Below, one piece after another: positions 58,205 to 64,000 of a stretch of DNA of 64,000 bases. The notes below the pieces were generated by a model. That model was not told the origin of the DNA. It searched no databases and was given only the letters and a program-made list of their open reading frames with translations. Both the position numbers and the translations under genes were made by a program. Position 1 is the first letter of the stretch. Each line of letters begins with the position of its first letter. The stretch comes from Eledone cirrhosa (Eukaryota): assembly GCA_964016885.1 (NCBI GenBank), contig OZ024740.1, positions 265,298,001 to 265,362,000 on the forward strand. Reading direction: 5' to 3'.

Positions 58205-59375
58205 AATATATATATAGGAGCAATGATAAACACACAGACCAAAATTCAGACCAAAATGTATGTATGCACCGAACCGACTATTTTCAAACTTTACACATGT
58301 AATACTTATGTTTCAGGGAGTGTTCTGAGCAAAAAGAATTTCAAATTTTGAATGCCCTAGGGATAGCATTAAATGATTTAGAGATCTCTCTCTATAATTC
58401 TTAGTCTTTCTCTTTTTAGATAGATACATACATATAATGTCGCGCCTTATAATATCTGACTGTATACCTGGCTGTCTGCATTACGTCACTTCCCACAATT
58501 CCCTCTGTGTCCAGAACGCGCCCTTATAATATATGTCTGTATGTCTGGATGTCTGCTGTCTCCGGTTATTCTGCCACCCTTGCTCAAGACAAATCTCACA
58601 CTCATTCCCCAAACAGTTGGTAAGTGCACACAACTTCTTGCTCACGTTTTAAGCCGCAGTATTGCTTACTTACGTACCACCAGAACTTACTTCTTTGCCA
58701 GCCGTGGTTGTGGCAATACTAAGCTTAGTTAAGGCGGTTATATATTTCACACAACACTAAAAATTAAAGCCGGTAAAGAAAAACATCGCTATAATAGCTT
58801 CAGATTTCACAGTGTTGCTTACTTACCAGCCTTTACGAGAACAAAAGTTACTCAGGGAGTATTATGCACATAAAAAATTCAACTTTTTGAACCCCTATAG
58901 CCCGCATTAGGTGAAAAACTGCGTTTTTTCAGCATTTTAGGGGTATTTTGAGGCGTTACGTCAGACCGATTTCCTTGAAATTGTAACTATGTATTAGTCA
59001 GGCTCTTCTTCATACCGTGAGCAAAGAAAGTCCAACTTTTTTATGGCCTAGGGACCGCATTAGGTGAAAAACTTCATTTTTTCAGCTTTTTAGAGCTTTT
59101 TTGAAGCATGACGTCTAGCCGATTTTCCCGAGATTTCGAGGTATATTATGCACATAAAAAAATTCATTTTCGTAATGCTCTAGGGCCTGCATTAGGTGAA
59201 AACCTGCATTTTTCCTGTTTCATTGAGGAAAATCTTAAAGATTATACAGCCATCAGGGTATCCGGTTTATTTTCTTTACATATTGTCCAGGCATGCAGTT
59301 TTTCCACGATTAGGTCTGCTGGCGCACATGTTCCAAAATACCTTATCCCGTGCAACGCCGGGTGCCACTGCTAGT
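58205..59375 (+). mobile_element. Non-autonomous Helitron-like element
   Basis: 3' terminus cccgtgcaacgccggg-tgccactg-CTAGt (GC hairpin then CTAG). Three internal repeats of gcattaggtgaaaa. A second decayed 3' end lies at 58177-58204. The 5' boundary is uncertain. Confidence 0.65.
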
Positions 59376-59559
59376 AATATATATTTATATATATATATAT
59401 ATATATATAGCTGAGGCCATGTTGATGTATTACCATTACCACTATGATTTCTCACTGAGAGTGAGAAAACTCTTTTATATTGTTCGTTCAGTATGTCATT
59501 TTTATGGATAATTGGCCCTATCCTGATGTGTATGAAGGTGGTCTCTTTTACGAATTTAA

Positions 59560-60195
59560 AGAGACTCTTATGGGTTTGGCTTCTCTTTCTGTACTCTCGT
59601 TTTTATGTGTGAATTCAATTTTATGTGTGAATTCAATTTCAATTTCAAGCAGTACCTGCTTCAAATGAGATTTCGTTTTTTACTTTAGTTGAATATTTAG
59701 CCGGTTTGAGATCTTCCTTCTTCGTCTCAAAAGGATCTTTCTGTCTCTCGGAATAACATGTTTGTGTCTGTTTGCCTTTCTTTCTGGGACAAACTTAAAG
59801 CTATGATTTGTATTGTTGTCATAAAATGCACAAGGTGCATATTAACGTCTTTCGTAAAGAGACTGTCGAACCAGTTTTGCTTCAGGATCTCCTAATGAAT
59901 CCTTTTCTAGTTAAGTTTGAGGAAATCTAGGCTGTAAATAAATCGGGTGCTTCCTATTGGTTACACATTTACAATCTTCCAGGGATTATTTTTTGTTAGT
60001 TCCACTATGTTATGATCCGAAAAAACCGTTGATGTCACCTTTACATTCTAGCTGGGCGCCGTGTTATTTGTGAAGCAGAGATCCAGGACATTCTCACTTT
60101 GCTGAGTACCATTTCCTCAGTAAACAGTCTTTTTGTAAAGTTCAGCAGCTTCCTTTATTCTTGTGCTGTCATTGCGGGCTCCCAGCAGTAGTATG
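59560..60195 (-). mobile_element. Decayed LINE (CR1/Jockey-like) AP-endonuclease region
   Basis: SENVLDLCFTNN...VKVTSTVFSDHNIVEL, then DFLKLN*KRI. Confidence 0.6.
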
Positions 60196-60267
60196 TTGAG
60201 ATGTATATATATATATGAATAATTTGTTTGTGTTTGTATGTGCGCACGAATATATATATATATATAT

Positions 60268-60588
<321 letters not shown>

Positions 60589-60877
60589 TGTGCATGTATT
60601 TTGGTCGAATCTTTAAAGCTTGAGTGTCTCGTAGTTTTTAGGGAGCTTTCAAATCTTGCAGAGGTACAATGTGTCGGTCCATAAGCTAACAGGTGCAATA
60701 CATCATTGTTCTTACCTCTACTTCTCTCTATGCCTTTGTTTTCCTCCCTCTCTTTCTTCCACTCCCTCTCTCCAACCATTTAACGAGACCACTCCAACAT
60801 TTATGTCATCAGAGATAACGAAGGATCTTGGAATCTCTTTCCATATTAAGAGGACTAATTCAGTACTCGACGGGAAA

Positions 60878-60957
<80 letters not shown>

Positions 60958-60963
60958 TGTTTG

Positions 60964-61210
60964 TAGAAGTTGTATTTAAATTGTTGGAATTCCGACAAAC
61001 ATAAATGTTATAACTGATTTAGAGCACTCAACAGATTACATGTTTCCACTATCCCGTGAATTTCCAACCGATAGGATATGATTTTCATGGGTACGTCTTT
61101 ATTTATAAAACAAACTTTGGATTTTATCTTGGTTGCCCTTGAAATATATATAATAAAATAAAATATATATGGTTTCATAAATATAGTTTCCATTTATTTA
61201 ATATCATGGT
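60964..61210. mobile_element. Family A element, older copy in opposite orientation
   Basis: 60964-61035 is the reverse complement of the family A tail. 61137-61207 matches the arm ending ...tttccatttatttaatatc at (TA)n. Confidence 0.75.
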
Positions 61211-61346
61211 ATATATATATATATATATATATATATGCATACGAATATACATACGTGAATACATACAAACATACAAACATATACGTATGTAAATAAACAT
61301 ATACAAACACACGCACGCAGACTAATATGTATATAATGTGTATGCG

Positions 61347-61411
<65 letters not shown>

Positions 61412-61506
61412 TGCATGTATATATGTATGTGTGTATATATATCTATATATATATGTGTGTTTGTTTGAGAATTAGTGTGGGTATATATATATATATGTGT
61501 GTGTAT

Positions 61507-61547
<41 letters not shown>

Positions 61548-62049
61548 CATATTTATTAATACATATTTGTGTGTGTCCGTTTGTGTAGACTTTTTGAAGA
61601 GAATCTGTATACAGATTCATGGTTTGACTGAGTATAATTGGTGCGTTATGAATTCGTCTTTCTCCGTTATTTTTATCAATCAAATGATGGAATTTTTTAT
61701 ATTTTACTCTGTGTATAAGTGAGTGTTGCTTTCTTGAATCCGTGACATATTTAATGTTATGTTTTTTAACACTAAAAGCAAAGTTAGCACAATTGCCACA
61801 AGCAACTTATCCGTTTCCAATTATCTAACAAACGATTCTGATGTCGTGACCTTCCTAATAATGAATTTGCTTTCAGCTTTACTAAACTCGCGATAATTCT
61901 TTTTGTTCTATTTTTTTTTTGTCGTTCAAAAAAGATAAACTAAAGTCGAAAGCACAATATAACAATGGATTTGTATTTTATATTATATGTGTTGCTTAAT
62001 TTTTGAATAGATACAAAGTAAAGCCCGTTAGTTATGTGAGGCAAATGTT

Positions 62050-62960
62050 GATGTTACAACGTATATGCTTGGTCGACCCCTCACCCAACCTCGTCTAAAA
62101 AGCATAGCAAGCACACTGAAGTCAGACAGTTCAATCTCCCACAGAAAGTTCATAGTATATTCTACTAGTCTCAAGATGCTTAAATATTTTCCCCACAGAA
62201 TCACTCCACTGTAAACGAAGTTTCACATAAATGTTTTTATTGATTACCGACCAGTTATACATGTTTCACAGATGGTTGGTTCAATGTCCATATATTTGTT
62301 TTAGACACGATTCCAGTATCGATCTGCTCATCAGAAAAGGCGATTCAGCTAATCAGCTTAACATAAATATCTGAAGGGTATCCGACATCTTACAAGTATG
62401 TATGTATATATGGTTCAAATGTTGTGTTGAAGTAGTGCCTTTTATTGAGTGATGTATAATATACAACCTTTCAACAGGCACTGGCCTTCACATCCATAAA
62501 GAATCTGCCATGTACGGAGAAAGACAGGAACATCTGGTTTAGTAGCAAGGCCTATTCCTGCGGATCTGTGCGGATATATAGGGATTCGCCTTGATAAAAG
62601 ATAGCCCCCAACGGCAAAACAACCAGAATCTTAACTAGACAAAGCGGAGAATGCCAGATGGACTAGCTAAGAAGGTATAATTCTGTTTATACCTTGGTCT
62701 TGGTTGATGACATGTCATATACCACATGTGAAGCAGAGAATGTTTTCGAGACCACAAAACGTGGGTCAATTCTCAGCATGCCAGGATCCATCCTAATCAA
62801 AGCCACGTCACAGACATTTATTTCTTCACTGATATTTCTTCATATTTTATCTTTCTTTACAAAATCCAACGATGAATGGTCAATGATAATGACAGCAGAT
62901 TTTGGTGAAATTAGTCCATACCTCACGTTGGTGGCAGGTGTGGTTGTTGCGTTTCTGTGA
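62050..62960 (-). mobile_element. Highly decayed RTE-like LINE fragment
   Basis: Minus-strand pieces GIGLA, QILYGCEG and RGRP occur in the expected order. Confidence 0.45.
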
Positions 62961-63239
62961 CCTGTAGCTGTTCGGGAATCAGGTCCTACATCTGCGTATG
63001 TCCTGTATCTAAAGTTCTTGACGTATGACCCTGTGATAAAAAGTGGGGAACAGCTTTAGAAATTCACAGAATTAGTGCATGCATACTTGGTTGTATTGGC
63101 ATACGCCTTTTCTTGGGCATGTTAAAATCTGGTGGAGCCCATCACTTCTCCAGGTCTTAATACAGCAGATGTCTTCTTGTGAAGGATAGCGAATGACAGA
63201 AAGGACGTGAGAAAGAGATATAGATGAAGAATCGTCCCC

Positions 63240-63380
63240 GGTATTTGACTGGTACTTTTTTATCGACCTTAAAATGGATTAAAGGCAAAGTTGACCTCGG
63301 CAAGATATGAACTCGAGTCGGAACGAATACTGCAAATCATACTATCCGACGTTATAACGACTCAGCCAATTCGCCGCCTC
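63240..63380 (-). mobile_element. SINE (main family, diverged); another partial copy at 63517-63612 (+)
   Basis: actggtactttttatcgacc...aaaggcaaagttgacctcggc. Confidence 0.75.
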
Positions 63381-64000
63381 TAAGTTTTACTATATTTGTC
63401 ATTGAATTATTGATAGATTTTCAACTATGGTATATTATTAAATTCATTACTAAATGTATTATAAGAGCATATTGCACTGCTGTTATGCGTTAACTACACC
63501 ACTTTATCATTGTTATGAGGCGGTGATATGGCAGAGTCTTTAGGGCGTTGGATAGAGTGATTTGCAGTAGTCATTCCGGCTGCCTGTGCTGAGTTCAAAT
63601 CCCACCAAGGAATCAATAGATAAAAAAACTGGAGTCTCTCTCTCTCTCTCTCTTTCTGTCTTACTCTCTCTCTCTCTCTCTCTCTCTCAAACACTCTCTT
63701 CCTTTCTCTCAAACTCTCATTTTCTCTCTGGGAGAATTGGCTATGTGAAAGTATTAAGAAAATATTGTTTACATTGTGTCACCACAACACTTTCAACACA
63801 AAGAAAGATTATAGCTATAATAATTATAATTCTTTTATTTTTGACATCAATTAAAATCATTGCTTCCAGACAGAAAAACAATTTAAAAAAAAACGTATTA
63901 AAAAAAATATTTATTTATTTATAGCCGTCACTTTTGTAAATATTGTAAATATTGCATCAATCAAAATAAAAAAAGAACTGATGTATTTATAATGAAGGTG

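Overview
AT-rich eukaryotic (animal) DNA saturated with (TA)n, (CA)n and (GA)n microsatellites. The repeat landscape resembles an octopus/cephalopod genome (inference). I found no host gene I can support, and most listed ORFs are microsatellite translations. The window is a stack of retroelements. It holds five Penelope-like element (PLE) coding remnants (Naiad-like and Neptune-like), three Tx1/L1-clade LINE copies (one near full length), RTE and CR1-like LINE fragments, many tRNA-derived SINEs, a piggyBac-type MITE, and hAT and Helitron remnants. The most notable signal is non-coding: about 18 hammerhead-ribozyme (HHR) motifs, from intact to decayed, carried by PLE pseudo-LTRs and non-autonomous derivatives. 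Five sequence-unrelated families sit in (TA)n arrays as head-to-head fold-back palindromes that share one asymmetry. One arm runs to the element 3' end, and the other stops about 60-115 nt short at an internal TA-like site. Coordinates were counted by eye and element boundaries are approximate.
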